From Gaiellaceae bacterium (GTDB taxonomy: Bacteria; Actinomycetota; Thermoleophilia; Gaiellales; Gaiellaceae), in assembly GCA_035653395.1 (NCBI GenBank), contig DASRBX010000009.1, forward strand, positions 3,692-67,691: 64,000 nucleotides of DNA. Reading direction: 5' to 3'. The position numbers and the translations under genes were made by a program. Shown here in pieces: positions 25,545-34,656 of the stretch (its first letter is position 1; every line of letters starts with the position of its first letter). A model generated the notes under the pieces. The model had not been told where the DNA came from, searched no databases, and worked only from the letters and a program-made list of their open reading frames with translations.

Positions 25545-26683
25545 TGTACGAGTACCAGGGCAAGGATCTCTTCCGGCGCGTGGGGATCGCCGTCTCCCAA
25601 GGGCGTCTCGCCACGACACCGGAGGAGGCGCGCGCCGCGGCGGAGGAGCTCGGCGGCCCGGTCGTCGTCAAGGCCCAGGTGCTGACCGGCGGCCGCGGCA
25701 AGGCCGGCGGCGTCAAGCTCGCGGACGATCCCGCCGACGCCGAGGCGAAGGCCCGAGACATCCTCGGACTCGACATCCGCGGCCACGTCGTCCGCACCCT
25801 CTGGGTCGAGAAGGCCTCGGACATCGAGCGCGAGTACTACCTCTCGGTCACGTTCGACCGCGGCGCGAAGCAGCCGCTCTTCATGTTCACCACGCAGGGG
25901 GGCGTCGAGATCGAGCAGGTGGCGGAGGAGAACCCGGATGCGCTCGTGCGCCTGCACGTCGACCCGCTTCAGGGCTTCCAGCCCTGGGTCGCGCGCCGGC
26001 TCGTGTACGGGGGCGGGGTCGGCGATCCGTCCGAGCAGAAGCAGATCGCCGCGATCGTCGAGAAGCTGTACCGCGCCTTCGTCGAGTTCGACGCGATGCT
26101 CTGCGAGATCAACCCGCTCATCGTCACGCCCGAGGGCGAGGTGAAGGCGCTCGACTCGAAGTTCACGGTCGACGACAGCGCACTGCCGCGGCACCCGGAC
26201 ATCGCGGAGTGGCGCGATCCGACGGCGGCCGACCCGATCGAGACCTTCGCCCGCGAGAAGGCCGTCACCTACGTCAAGCTCGACGGGAACGTCGGCGTGC
26301 TGGCCAACGGCGCGGGCCTGGGCATGTCCACGGTGGACGTGGTCGCACACGCCGGCGGACGGCCGGCGAACTTCTGCGACCTCGGCGGCGGCGGCAGCGC
26401 GGAAGGCGTCGTCGACGCGCTCGAGGTGATCACCCGCGACGAGCAGGTGCGCTCGATCTTCTTCAACATCTTCGGCGGCATCACCCGCTGCGACGAGGTC
26501 GCCCGGGGGATCCTCGCGGCGCTCGAGCGGCTCGACATGTCGCGCTACCCGATCGTCGTGCGGCTCGACGGGACGAATGCGGAGGAGGGCAGGCAGATCC
26601 TCGCCGACGCCGGCCGCGAGAACATCCATCCCGAGGCGACGATGCTCGACGGCGCCCGGCGCGCGGTGGAGCTGGCGGCTTGA
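25538..26683 (+). CDS. sucC: Succinate--CoA ligase beta subunit
   Basis: (M)DLYEYQGKDLF, VVKAQVLTGGRGKAGGVK, and GNVGVLANGAGL motifs. Confidence 0.92.
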   Translation: MDLYEYQGKDLFRRVGIAVSQGRLATTPEEARAAAEELGGPVVVKAQVLTGGRGKAGGVKLADDPADAEAKARDILGLDIRGHVVRTLWVEKASDIEREYYLSVTFDRGAKQPLFMFTTQGGVEIEQVAEENPDALVRLHVDPLQGFQPWVARRLVYGGGVGDPSEQKQIAAIVEKLYRAFVEFDAMLCEINPLIVTPEGEVKALDSKFTVDDSALPRHPDIAEWRDPTAADPIETFAREKAVTYVKLDGNVGVLANGAGLGMSTVDVVAHAGGRPANFCDLGGGGSAEGVVDALEVITRDEQVRSIFFNIFGGITRCDEVARGILAALERLDMSRYPIVVRLDGTNAEEGRQILADAGRENIHPEATMLDGARRAVELAA

Positions 26684-27327
26684 CGGATCTGTGGAGCGAG
26701 CGCGCCGACGCGTACCGCGAGAGCGCGACGCACACAGTCGGCGAGGATCTCGATCTCGTCGTCGACTGGTGCGAGCCCGCGCCGGGCGTGACGGTCCTCG
26801 ACGTCGCCACCGGCGGCGGCCATGTCGCGCGGCGGCTCAGGGGGGCCGGGGCGCAGGTGGTCACGGTCGACGCCGCGCCGGGGATGGAGCCGGACGTGCT
26901 CGCGCCGGCCGACCATCTCCCGTTCGCCGACGCGAGCTTCGACGCGGTCGCCTGCCGCATCGCGGCCCACCACTTCCCCGACGTGCTCGCGGCGGTGAAG
27001 GAGATGGCGCGAGTCGCCCGTCACCGGGTCGTGGTCTGCGACAACACGTTCACGAGCGAGAGCGCCGAGGAGGCCGACCGGCTCCGCGACCCGAGCCACG
27101 TGCGCAACTACGGCGTCCCCGAGTGGCACAGCTTCTTCGAGCTCGCCGGGCTCGAGCTCGCGGACGAGGCCGTTCTCGTGCGCGACACGGACTTCGAGGA
27201 CTGGCTCGCGCGCACGGAGACGCCCGAGGGGGACCGACCGCGGATCCGCGAGCTCCTGGACAGCCGCCTCCGCGACAGCCGGCTCGAGCTGCCGACCGTA
27301 GTGCTGAAGGGGGTCAAGGCGGCGTAG
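26680..27327 (+). CDS. Class I SAM-dependent methyltransferase
   Basis: Motif I VLDVATGGGHVA and FDAVACRIAAHHF. TTG start overlaps the sucC stop (cTTGA), with GGAG 8 nt upstream. The stop abuts the sucD ATG. Confidence 0.7.
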   Translation: MTDLWSERADAYRESATHTVGEDLDLVVDWCEPAPGVTVLDVATGGGHVARRLRGAGAQVVTVDAAPGMEPDVLAPADHLPFADASFDAVACRIAAHHFPDVLAAVKEMARVARHRVVVCDNTFTSESAEEADRLRDPSHVRNYGVPEWHSFFELAGLELADEAVLVRDTDFEDWLARTETPEGDRPRIRELLDSRLRDSRLELPTVVLKGVKAA

Positions 27328-28197
27328 ATGGCGATCATCGTCGACAACGACACGCGGCTCGTCGTCGCCGGGCTGACGGGCTCGGAGGGCCGCTTCCACG
27401 GCCTCCGCAACCGGGCGTACGGCACGAACCTCGTCGCCGGCGTCACGCCCGGCAAGGGAGGCCAAGACGTGGAGGGGGTGCCGGTCTTCGACACCGTCGC
27501 CGACGCGGTCGAGAAGGAAGGCGCGAACACGTCGCTCATCTTCGTCCCGGCCCGCTTCGCCGTCGACGCGATCTACGAGGCGGTGGACGCGGGAATCGGC
27601 ACGGTGATCTGCATCACCGAGCACATCCCCGCGCACGACATGCTGCGCGCGTACACGTACTTCCGGGGCCGGGGCACGACGATGATCGGCCCGAACTGCC
27701 CCGGCGTCCTCTCCCCGGGCAAGGCGAACGCGGGGATCATCCCGGCCGAGATCTTCAGGGAGGGGAGCGTCGGGCTCGTCTCCCGCTCGGGAACCCTCAC
27801 CTACCAGATCGGCCACGAGCTCACGCAGCTCGGCCTCGGCAACTCGACGATCGTCGGTATCGGCGGCGACCCGGTCGTCGGCTCGTCCTTCGTCGACGTG
27901 CTCGAGCGCTTCGAGGCCGACGACCAGACCGAGCTCATCGTGCTCGTGGGCGAGATCGGCGGCGACGAGGAGGAGAAGGCAGCCGCGTACGTCGCCGAGC
28001 ACGTGACGAAGCCCGTTCTCGCCTACATCGCAGGCTTCTCGGCGCCGCCCGGCAAGACCATGGGACACGCGGGCGCGATCATCTCCGGCTCCTCCGGCAC
28101 CGCCCAAGGGAAGAAGGAAGCGCTCGAGGCCCGCGGGATCGCGGTCGGCACGACGCCGACCAAGGTCGCGCAAATGGTGGCCGAGCGGATGAAGTAG
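27328..28197 (+). CDS. sucD: Succinate--CoA ligase alpha subunit
   Basis: VAGLTGSEGRFH, GPNCPGV, and SRSGTLTYQ, with the phosphohistidine region MGHAGAII. Confidence 0.92.
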   Translation: MAIIVDNDTRLVVAGLTGSEGRFHGLRNRAYGTNLVAGVTPGKGGQDVEGVPVFDTVADAVEKEGANTSLIFVPARFAVDAIYEAVDAGIGTVICITEHIPAHDMLRAYTYFRGRGTTMIGPNCPGVLSPGKANAGIIPAEIFREGSVGLVSRSGTLTYQIGHELTQLGLGNSTIVGIGGDPVVGSSFVDVLERFEADDQTELIVLVGEIGGDEEEKAAAYVAEHVTKPVLAYIAGFSAPPGKTMGHAGAIISGSSGTAQGKKEALEARGIAVGTTPTKVAQMVAERMK

Positions 28198-28212
28198 CAG
28201 TAGCCTCGGCGC

Positions 28213-28821
28213 GTGAGCGAGTTGTCTCCGCGTGCCTCCGACGCCGACCGCGAGCGCGCCGTACAAATCTTGCGGGAGCATCTCGTCGAGGGCCGGCTCA
28301 CCCTGGAGGAGTTCTCGCAGAGGGTCGAGGCGGCTTTGGGGGCAGGCACGGTCGGCGAGCTGGCCACGACCGCGGAGACGCTCCCCGCGGTTCGCGCGCC
28401 GAGTGGTCGGCGTCGCCCCTCCCGCGTCACGGCCGGGCTGTTCGCGCACGTCGTTCGGCGTGGCCGGCTCCGGCTGCCGAAGCGCGCAATCGTCCTCTCG
28501 GGCCTCTCGGACATCGACCTCGACCTGCGCGACGCGGAGATCACGAGCGGCCGGATGTCCATCACCGCCTGCTTGCTCTTCGGCAACGTCGACGTCTACG
28601 TCCCGGAGGGGATCGCGGTCGACGTCACCGGCCTGACCGTGTTCGGGCACCGGCGCGAATGGGGCCGGGACGCCGTGCAGCCCGACGCGCCGGTGTTGCG
28701 GGTACGCGTCGCCGCGCTGTTCGGCACGGTCGACGTGTGGCGTGTCCCGACGGAGCTCAGAGGCAGCTACGGCGAGATCATCCGCTCGGTGCGCGCGGCC
28801 CAGCGCGAGCTGCCCGGCTAG
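28213..28821 (+). CDS. DUF1707 N-terminal domain protein with LiaF-like C-terminal domain
   Basis: The N-terminal ASDADRERAVQILREHLVEGRLTLEEFSQRVEAAL is a DUF1707 signature. GTG start. Confidence 0.6.
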   Translation: MSELSPRASDADRERAVQILREHLVEGRLTLEEFSQRVEAALGAGTVGELATTAETLPAVRAPSGRRRPSRVTAGLFAHVVRRGRLRLPKRAIVLSGLSDIDLDLRDAEITSGRMSITACLLFGNVDVYVPEGIAVDVTGLTVFGHRREWGRDAVQPDAPVLRVRVAALFGTVDVWRVPTELRGSYGEIIRSVRAAQRELPG

Positions 28822-28846
28822 CCGGAGGCCCGGTTACGCTCCTCAG

Positions 28847-29944
28847 GTGATCTCCTTCGCCCGCGGCGTCCCGGCGCCTGAGTGTCTCGCCGTCGAGGAG
28901 CTGGCCGATTGCGCGCGCGCGGCGCTGGAGCGCGACGGCCGCACGATCCTCAGCTACGGGCCGGGCGGCGGCTACGGCCCGCTGCGCGAATGGCTCGCCG
29001 AGCGGCACGGCGTCGAGCCGTCGCGCGTCGTGATCACGAGCGGCTCGCTCCAGGGTTTCGTCTTCCTCGCCGAGCGACTCGTCCGGCCCGGCACGCGCGT
29101 ACTCGTCGAGGCGCCGACCTACGACCGGCCGCTCAAGATCCTCGCCCGGCTCGGCGCCGAGATCGTCCCGCTCGCGATGGACGAGGATGGTCTCGTGCCG
29201 GAGGCGGTCGAGGAGGCGCTCGCCGCGGGCGAGGCGCCCGCGTTCCTCTACACGATCCCGACCTTCCAGAACCCGAGCGGGCGCACCCTGCCCGCCGAGC
29301 GGCGGCTGCGGCTCGCCGAGCTCGCACGCGAACGCGGGCTGCTCGTGCTCGAGGACGATCCGTACGGCCTCGTCCGCTACGACGGCGAGCCGGTGCCGAG
29401 CATCTTCGAGCTCGCGCAAGGCGACGGGATCGCGTACTGCTCCTCGTTCTCCAAGACCGTCGCTCCCGGCGTACGCGTCGGCTGGTTCGTCCTGCCGCCG
29501 CAGCTCGCGGCCGACATCGAGGCGCTCGCGGTCTCCACCTACATCTCGCCGCCGTACCTCTCGCAGGCGACCGTGCTCGAGTTCCTGCGGCGGGGCAGCT
29601 TCGCGCCGAATCTGCAGCGGGTGAACGCCCTCCTGCGCGAGCGGCGCGACGCGATGCTCGAGGCGCTCGCCTCCGAGCTGCCGGGCGACGCGAGCTGGAC
29701 ACGGCCGGAGGGCGGCTACTTCGTCTGGGTCGAGCTTCCGTCCGGGCCTCCGAGCGGCGAGCTCGTCGCCGAGGCGGAAGAGGCGGGCGTCACATTCGTC
29801 AAGGGAGCCGACTTCTTCCCCGGCGGGCGAGGCGGGGAGCACGCCTTGCGGCTCGCCTTCAGCTTCGTCTCGCCGGACGAGATCGCCGAGGGCGTCTCAG
29901 TGCTCGGCGGGCTCGTGCGAGCGACGGCGCCGGCGGCGCTCTAG
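28847..29944 (+). CDS. Class I/II PLP-dependent aminotransferase (2-aminoadipate/MtnE-like)
   Basis: YGPGGGYGPLREWLA, FQNPSG, and SSFSKTVAPGVRVGW (PLP lysine). GTG 28847 is in frame. Confidence 0.8.
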   Translation: MISFARGVPAPECLAVEELADCARAALERDGRTILSYGPGGGYGPLREWLAERHGVEPSRVVITSGSLQGFVFLAERLVRPGTRVLVEAPTYDRPLKILARLGAEIVPLAMDEDGLVPEAVEEALAAGEAPAFLYTIPTFQNPSGRTLPAERRLRLAELARERGLLVLEDDPYGLVRYDGEPVPSIFELAQGDGIAYCSSFSKTVAPGVRVGWFVLPPQLAADIEALAVSTYISPPYLSQATVLEFLRRGSFAPNLQRVNALLRERRDAMLEALASELPGDASWTRPEGGYFVWVELPSGPPSGELVAEAEEAGVTFVKGADFFPGGRGGEHALRLAFSFVSPDEIAEGVSVLGGLVRATAPAAL

Positions 29945-30184
29945 CTGCGCGAGCAGGATCCCGCCCAGCAGGCCGACGCCGAGGGCAAGCAGGATCAGCC
30001 AGACGAGCGACACCCGCGCCGTCGCGAGCACGAAGTGGATGCTCACCTGCTTGCGGTTCTCGAGCACGAAGGCGATCGCGTAGGCGACGAGCAGGCCGAG
30101 CGCGATCAGGCGCAGGTAGAGCCGCGGCTGCCAGCGGTCGGCGACCTCGTCGGTATCGATCCGGGGGCGGCGCGGCACGCGCAC
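29897..30184 (-). CDS. DUF1049/LapA-like small membrane protein
   Basis: Two TM helices flank NRKQVSIHF. The tail is Arg-rich. It overlaps the aminotransferase 3' end convergently by 48 nt. Confidence 0.55.
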   Translation of the reverse strand: MRVPRRPRIDTDEVADRWQPRLYLRLIALGLLVAYAIAFVLENRKQVSIHFVLATARVSLVWLILLALGVGLLGGILLAQLERRRRRRSHEPAEH

Positions 30185-30200
30185 GCCCGCATCCTACGAG

Positions 30201-30377
30201 CTACGCCGCCGCGTGGACGGCGAGCGTCCGCGGCACGAGCCGCGGCTGAGGTGGCGGAGCGAGCCTCCCGACGGCCTGGGCGCGAAAGGTCGGGCAGATC
30301 GCCTCGCCGGGGAGGGCGCACAGTCCGGCGCGCCGGAAATAGCAATCGTTGCAGGTCGGAGTGGATCGTTTGCTCAT
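30201..30377 (-). CDS. 58-aa Cys-rich mini-protein, hypothetical
   Basis: MSKRSTPTCNDCYFRRAGLCALPGEAICPTF... has four Cys. A putative promoter of its own lies upstream. Below the ORF-track cut-off. Confidence 0.4.
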   Translation of the reverse strand: MSKRSTPTCNDCYFRRAGLCALPGEAICPTFRAQAVGRLAPPPQPRLVPRTLAVHAAA

Positions 30378-30420
30378 CTTCGAGTGTGTTCGAGTAAGGG
30401 GACGCCGCTCTCGAGGTGCG

Positions 30421-30448
30421 ATGATAAGGGCGCGAGCCGCGGAAGCAA
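30421..30448 (-). promoter_or_regulatory. Putative promoter TTGCTT-16 nt-TATCAT for the Cys-rich mini-ORF
   Basis: Read by eye on the minus strand of the 137-bp AT-rich spacer. Confidence 0.3.
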
Positions 30449-30514
30449 GCGTTGCCGTCGACGAATACTGACGAATTTCCGGCAGTTTCGCGGGAGGGAA
30501 GATGGCGAGCTCGC

Positions 30515-31519
30515 TCAGTCTCGTGGGAGCGTTGCCAGGGCGCGCAACGCTTGCCCTAACGTGCGGACCGGGATGACGCGGAGACCTTTGGGCGCGTAGC
30601 GTCGCGCGTCGCGCGTGTTGTTCCCGGCGGGCACGAGCAGGACCTGGACGCCGGCCCTGTGAGCGTCGACGACCTTTTGCCGCACCCCGCCGATCGGGGC
30701 CACCGCGCCGTTCAGCTCCATCTCGCCGGTGGCCGCCACCCGGTGTCCATGCGTCACGTTGCGTCCGAGCTGTTGCATCACCTCGAGAGCGAACGCCAGG
30801 CCGGCCGACGGCCCGCCGACGTTCCCCGCGTCGATGGAGACGCGGAACGGCAGCTTGAACGTCGCCGACTGATTGGGCACGAAGCCCACCAGCGCACGCC
30901 CGCGGTCGTCGACCGTCCGGAGCCGGAGCGTCATGAGCTTGCCCGCGCGGCGGATGCGCAGCGTGACGTCGTCGCCGGGCGTGACCCGGCCGAGCGCCTT
31001 GTGGAGCGAGGCCTCGGTCGGGGTCGGCGTTCCGTCGACCGAGACGACGACGTCCATGGGCTGGAGGTTGCAGGGAGCGTGCGTCCCTCCGATGAGCTGC
31101 GAGACCATCACGCCCGTCGGTCGGACGACGACGTGGTAGCCGAGTCGGCGAAGGGCGACCGTGGCGGCGACACGCTGGGAGAAGGCCATTTCCTGCAGCT
31201 GGGCCCGCTCGGCCTCGCCGGCCGTCGAGCAAGGCGGCAGGATGTCGGCCGCGGGCACGAGTGTCCCGTCCGGATGGATCCAGGGGAACAGCGCCTCGAG
31301 CTCGCTCGCCTTCCGTTCGATGACGTCGAGGAAGTAGATCGCTCCCGCGCCGCTGGGGGTATGCGCTCCTTCGACCTTCACCAGCGGTGCGACCGGGTGG
31401 GCGATGTCGGGCAGCAGGAGGTACTTGTCCGAGGGGACGACGTAGAGGATCAGAAGGGTCGCGAGGAAGACGGCGACGCCCCCTCCGGCGATCCGCAGCG
31501 GTGTGACGCGCCGCCTCAA
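30515..31519 (-). CDS. PDZ + Lon-protease-C-terminal (S16) domain protein, YlbL/SepM-like
   Basis: TM anchor and a PDZ segment (DVVVSVDG...GDDVTLRIRR). The Lon-C motif is GGPSAGLAFALEV. TTG start overlaps the upstream stop (TTGA). Confidence 0.8.
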   Translation of the reverse strand: MRRRVTPLRIAGGGVAVFLATLLILYVVPSDKYLLLPDIAHPVAPLVKVEGAHTPSGAGAIYFLDVIERKASELEALFPWIHPDGTLVPAADILPPCSTAGEAERAQLQEMAFSQRVAATVALRRLGYHVVVRPTGVMVSQLIGGTHAPCNLQPMDVVVSVDGTPTPTEASLHKALGRVTPGDDVTLRIRRAGKLMTLRLRTVDDRGRALVGFVPNQSATFKLPFRVSIDAGNVGGPSAGLAFALEVMQQLGRNVTHGHRVAATGEMELNGAVAPIGGVRQKVVDAHRAGVQVLLVPAGNNTRDARRYAPKGLRVIPVRTLGQALRALATLPRD

Positions 31520-32259
31520 AACAGAAACCGCTTCAACCCGCCGTCGACGACGAGCGTCTGGCCGGTGACGTACGCCGCGCGCTCCGAGGCGAGGAAGCAC
31601 ACCACGTCCCCGAACTCCCGCGGGGTTCCCCAGCGGCGCAGGCCGATCTCCTCCAGCTGCTCGTCGGTCGGCCCTCCCGGGTAGAGCTCGTCGAGCCTCG
31701 GGGTCGCGATCCGGCCGGGCGCGACGCAGTTGACGGTGATGCCCTTCGGTCCGACCTCGCGGCTGAGGGTCTTCAGCCAGGCCGTCAGCGCCGGCCGGAA
31801 CGTGTTCGAGAGCGCGAGATGGGTCGTCGGCTCCTGGGCCGCGAGCGACGTGATCGCGACGATCCGGCCCGCCGGGCTCCGCTCCAGGTGCTCGAGACAG
31901 AGCCGCACGAGCCTCACCGCGGGGCGGAGCAGCAGCCCGTAGGCGGACTCGAGCGAGCGCTCGTCGGCGTCGCGCGCGGACCCCGGCGGTGGCCCGCCGC
32001 CGTTCCAGACGAGGACGTCGAGGCCCCGGAAGCGCTCGACCGCGGTCGTCACCGCCCGCTCGAGATCGGCGTCCTCGCGGACGTCGCCGGCGACCGCCAC
32101 GCCACCGAGCCTCGAGGCGTGCTCCTCGATCCGCTCGGCGCGTCGTGCGAACAGGACGACATTGGCCCCCTCCTCGGCGAGCGCCTCGGCGCTCGCGAGG
32201 CCGAGCCCCGACGACGCGCCGCAGACGAGCGCGGTGCGGCCGCTCAGCCCGAGATCCAC
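31516..32259 (-). CDS. SDR-family oxidoreductase (FabG-like)
   Basis: VCGASSGLGLA Rossmann motif. NCVAPGRIATP. Confidence 0.8.
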   Translation of the reverse strand: MDLGLSGRTALVCGASSGLGLASAEALAEEGANVVLFARRAERIEEHASRLGGVAVAGDVREDADLERAVTTAVERFRGLDVLVWNGGGPPPGSARDADERSLESAYGLLLRPAVRLVRLCLEHLERSPAGRIVAITSLAAQEPTTHLALSNTFRPALTAWLKTLSREVGPKGITVNCVAPGRIATPRLDELYPGGPTDEQLEEIGLRRWGTPREFGDVVCFLASERAAYVTGQTLVVDGGLKRFLF

Positions 32260-32600
32260 GCCTGCCGCAGCTCCCCGGAGCGCGCCACGACCCGGGTCGT
32301 CATGCCGCCGCGGGCGGCGAACTCACCCTCGACCTCGACGAAGCGCGGCGCCCCGTCGGCCACGAGCCGCTCGAGCACCTCGTTCACGACCTCCTCCTGG
32401 AGAATCCTCCGCTCGCGGAACGAGGTCAGATAGTCGCGGAGCGACTTGAGCTCGTAGAGCTTCCCGTCGGGGACGTAGCGAATGGTCAGCTCGCCGAAAT
32501 CGGGCGCGTCGGTGAGCGGGCAGATCGAGGTGAACTCCGGCGCTCCGAGCTCGACGAGGTAGTCGCGGCCCCGGAACCGGTTCTCGACCGTCTCGATCAA
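32244..32600 (-). CDS. queF: NADPH-dependent 7-cyano-7-deazaguanine reductase (type I QueF)
   Basis: EFTSICPLTDAPDFGELTIRYVP and SLRDYLTSFR motifs. TTG start abuts the mdh stop. Confidence 0.85.
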   Translation of the reverse strand: MIETVENRFRGRDYLVELGAPEFTSICPLTDAPDFGELTIRYVPDGKLYELKSLRDYLTSFRERRILQEEVVNEVLERLVADGAPRFVEVEGEFAARGGMTTRVVARSGELRQAWISG

Positions 32601-33524
32601 CTACGTGCCGAGGACGCCGACCACGTCGCGCACGGCGTCGGCGCTGCGCTCGAGCGCCTCGCGCTCGTCGTCGGAGAGGTCGAGCTCGACGATCTCCTCG
32701 ATGCCGCCCGCGCCGAGCTTGACTGGCACGCCGATGTAGAGGCCGTCGATCCCGTACTCGCCCTCGAGGAGGGCGGTGCAGGGGAGGACGCGTTTCTGGT
32801 CGAGGAGGATCGCGTCGACCATCTCCGCGATCGCCGCCCCCGGCGCGTACCAGGCCGAGGTGCCGAGCAGCTGCACGATCTCGCCGCCGCCCTTGGCGGT
32901 GCGCTCGACCATGGCCTGGATCCGCTCCTCGGAGACGAGCCTGCGCAGCGGCACGCCGCCGACGGTCGCGGCCGAGACGACCGGGACCATCTGGTCGCCG
33001 TGGCCGCCGAGCACGAGCGCCTGCACGTCCCGGACGGAGGCTCCCGTCTCCCACGCGATGAAGGTGCGGAAACGCGCGGTGTCGAGGATCCCCGCCTGGC
33101 CGAAGACACGCTCCTTGGCAAAGCCGGAGACGCTCTTCGCCACGTGGCACATCGCGTCGAGCGGGTTCGAGAGGACGACGATGATGCAGTCGGGGCTCCC
33201 GGCGACGATCTGCTCGGTGACGGAGCCGACGATCTTCTCGTTCGTCGTCACGAGGTCGTCGCGGGACATCCCGGGCGAACGCGGCAGGCCGGCCGTGATC
33301 ACGACGACGTCGGAGCCGGCCGTCTCCTCGTAGGAGTTCGTGCCGGTGATCCGCGGCTCGAAGCCGAGCACGGGGCCCATCTGGTTCAGGTCGAGGGCCT
33401 TCCCCTGCGGCAGCCCTTCCTTGATGTCGGTCAGGACGACGTCCGCGTAGTCGCGCGCCGCGAGGATGTGCGCCGCGGTCGCGCCCGTGGCGCCGGCGCC
33501 GACGATCGTGATCTTCCTTCTCAT
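32601..33524 (-). CDS. mdh: Malate dehydrogenase (LDH-like family)
   Basis: [31 protein letters not shown], and VLGGHGD motifs. Confidence 0.9.
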   Translation of the reverse strand: MRRKITIVGAGATGATAAHILAARDYADVVLTDIKEGLPQGKALDLNQMGPVLGFEPRITGTNSYEETAGSDVVVITAGLPRSPGMSRDDLVTTNEKIVGSVTEQIVAGSPDCIIVVLSNPLDAMCHVAKSVSGFAKERVFGQAGILDTARFRTFIAWETGASVRDVQALVLGGHGDQMVPVVSAATVGGVPLRRLVSEERIQAMVERTAKGGGEIVQLLGTSAWYAPGAAIAEMVDAILLDQKRVLPCTALLEGEYGIDGLYIGVPVKLGAGGIEEIVELDLSDDEREALERSADAVRDVVGVLGT

Positions 33525-34618
33525 ACGGGTACCTCGGCTTCCAGCTTCTCGATGACTGCGTCCGCGACCTCGCTCGTCCCTACGGCGGTGGGGTCGTCGC
33601 GGTTCGGCTTCATGTCGTAGGTGACGCTCTCTCCCTCGGCGATCACCGCGGCGATCGCGTGCTCGAGGCGGTCGGCCGCGTCGCGCTCGTCGAGATGGCG
33701 GAGCATGAGGACGCCCGACAGCATCTGAGCGATCGGGTTGACCTTGTTCAGGCCGGCGTACTTCGGCGCCGAGCCGTGCGTCGGCTCGAAGACCGCTACG
33801 GTCTCGCCGTAGTTCGCGCCGGGAGCGACGCCGAGCCCCCCGATCATCCCGGCGGCGAGGTCGGAGAGGACGTCGCCGTACAGGTTGGGCAGGACGAGGA
33901 CGTCGTACTCCTCCGGCCGCTGCACGAGCTGCATGCACATGTTGTCCACGATCCGGTCGTCGAACTCGAGGTCCGCGTTCTCGGCCGCGACCTCGCGGGC
34001 GACATGCAGCCAGAGCCCGTCGGTGAACTTCATGATGTTCGCCTTGTGCACGGCCGTGACCTTGCGCCGGCCGTTGCCGCGCGCGTAATCGAACGCGAAC
34101 TCGAAGATGCGGCGCGTGCCGGTCACGGAGATCGGCTTGATCGAGATGCCGGCGTCGGCGTGGCGGAGCCGCCCGCCGCGTCTCTCGATCCACTCGATCA
34201 GCTCGGCGGCCTCCGGCGTGCCGTGCTCGTACTCGATGCCGGCGTAGAGGTCCTCGGTGTTCTCGCGCACGATGACGAGGTCGACGTCGTCGAAGCGGCT
34301 GCGCACGCCGGCGTAGCTCTTGCACGGGCGGACCTGCGCGTACAGGTCGAGCTCCTTGCGCAGGGCGACGTTGACCGAGCGGAAGCCGCCGCCGACGGGC
34401 GTCGTGATCGGCCCCTTGAGGGCGACGCCGGTCTCGCGGATCGCGTCGAGGACGTCCGGAGGGAGCGGATTGCCGCCGTGGCGTTCCATCACGTCCGCGC
34501 CGGCCTCCCGCACGTCCCACTCGAGCTCGGCGCCGGTCGCCTCGAGGACGCGGCGCGTCGCCTCCGTCAGCTCGGGCCCCGTGCCGTCGCCGGGGATGAG
34601 GACGACCCTGTGCGCCAC
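33521..34618 (-). CDS. icd: Isocitrate/isopropylmalate dehydrogenase-family enzyme (isocitrate dehydrogenase-like)
   Basis: [41 protein letters not shown], and NLYGDVLSD motifs. Confidence 0.85.
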   Translation of the reverse strand: MAHRVVLIPGDGTGPELTEATRRVLEATGAELEWDVREAGADVMERHGGNPLPPDVLDAIRETGVALKGPITTPVGGGFRSVNVALRKELDLYAQVRPCKSYAGVRSRFDDVDLVIVRENTEDLYAGIEYEHGTPEAAELIEWIERRGGRLRHADAGISIKPISVTGTRRIFEFAFDYARGNGRRKVTAVHKANIMKFTDGLWLHVAREVAAENADLEFDDRIVDNMCMQLVQRPEEYDVLVLPNLYGDVLSDLAAGMIGGLGVAPGANYGETVAVFEPTHGSAPKYAGLNKVNPIAQMLSGVLMLRHLDERDAADRLEHAIAAVIAEGESVTYDMKPNRDDPTAVGTSEVADAVIEKLEAEVPV

Positions 34619-34656
34619 GAGGCTGAATGTAACTGCGGAAGGCTAGAGTCGGAGCG

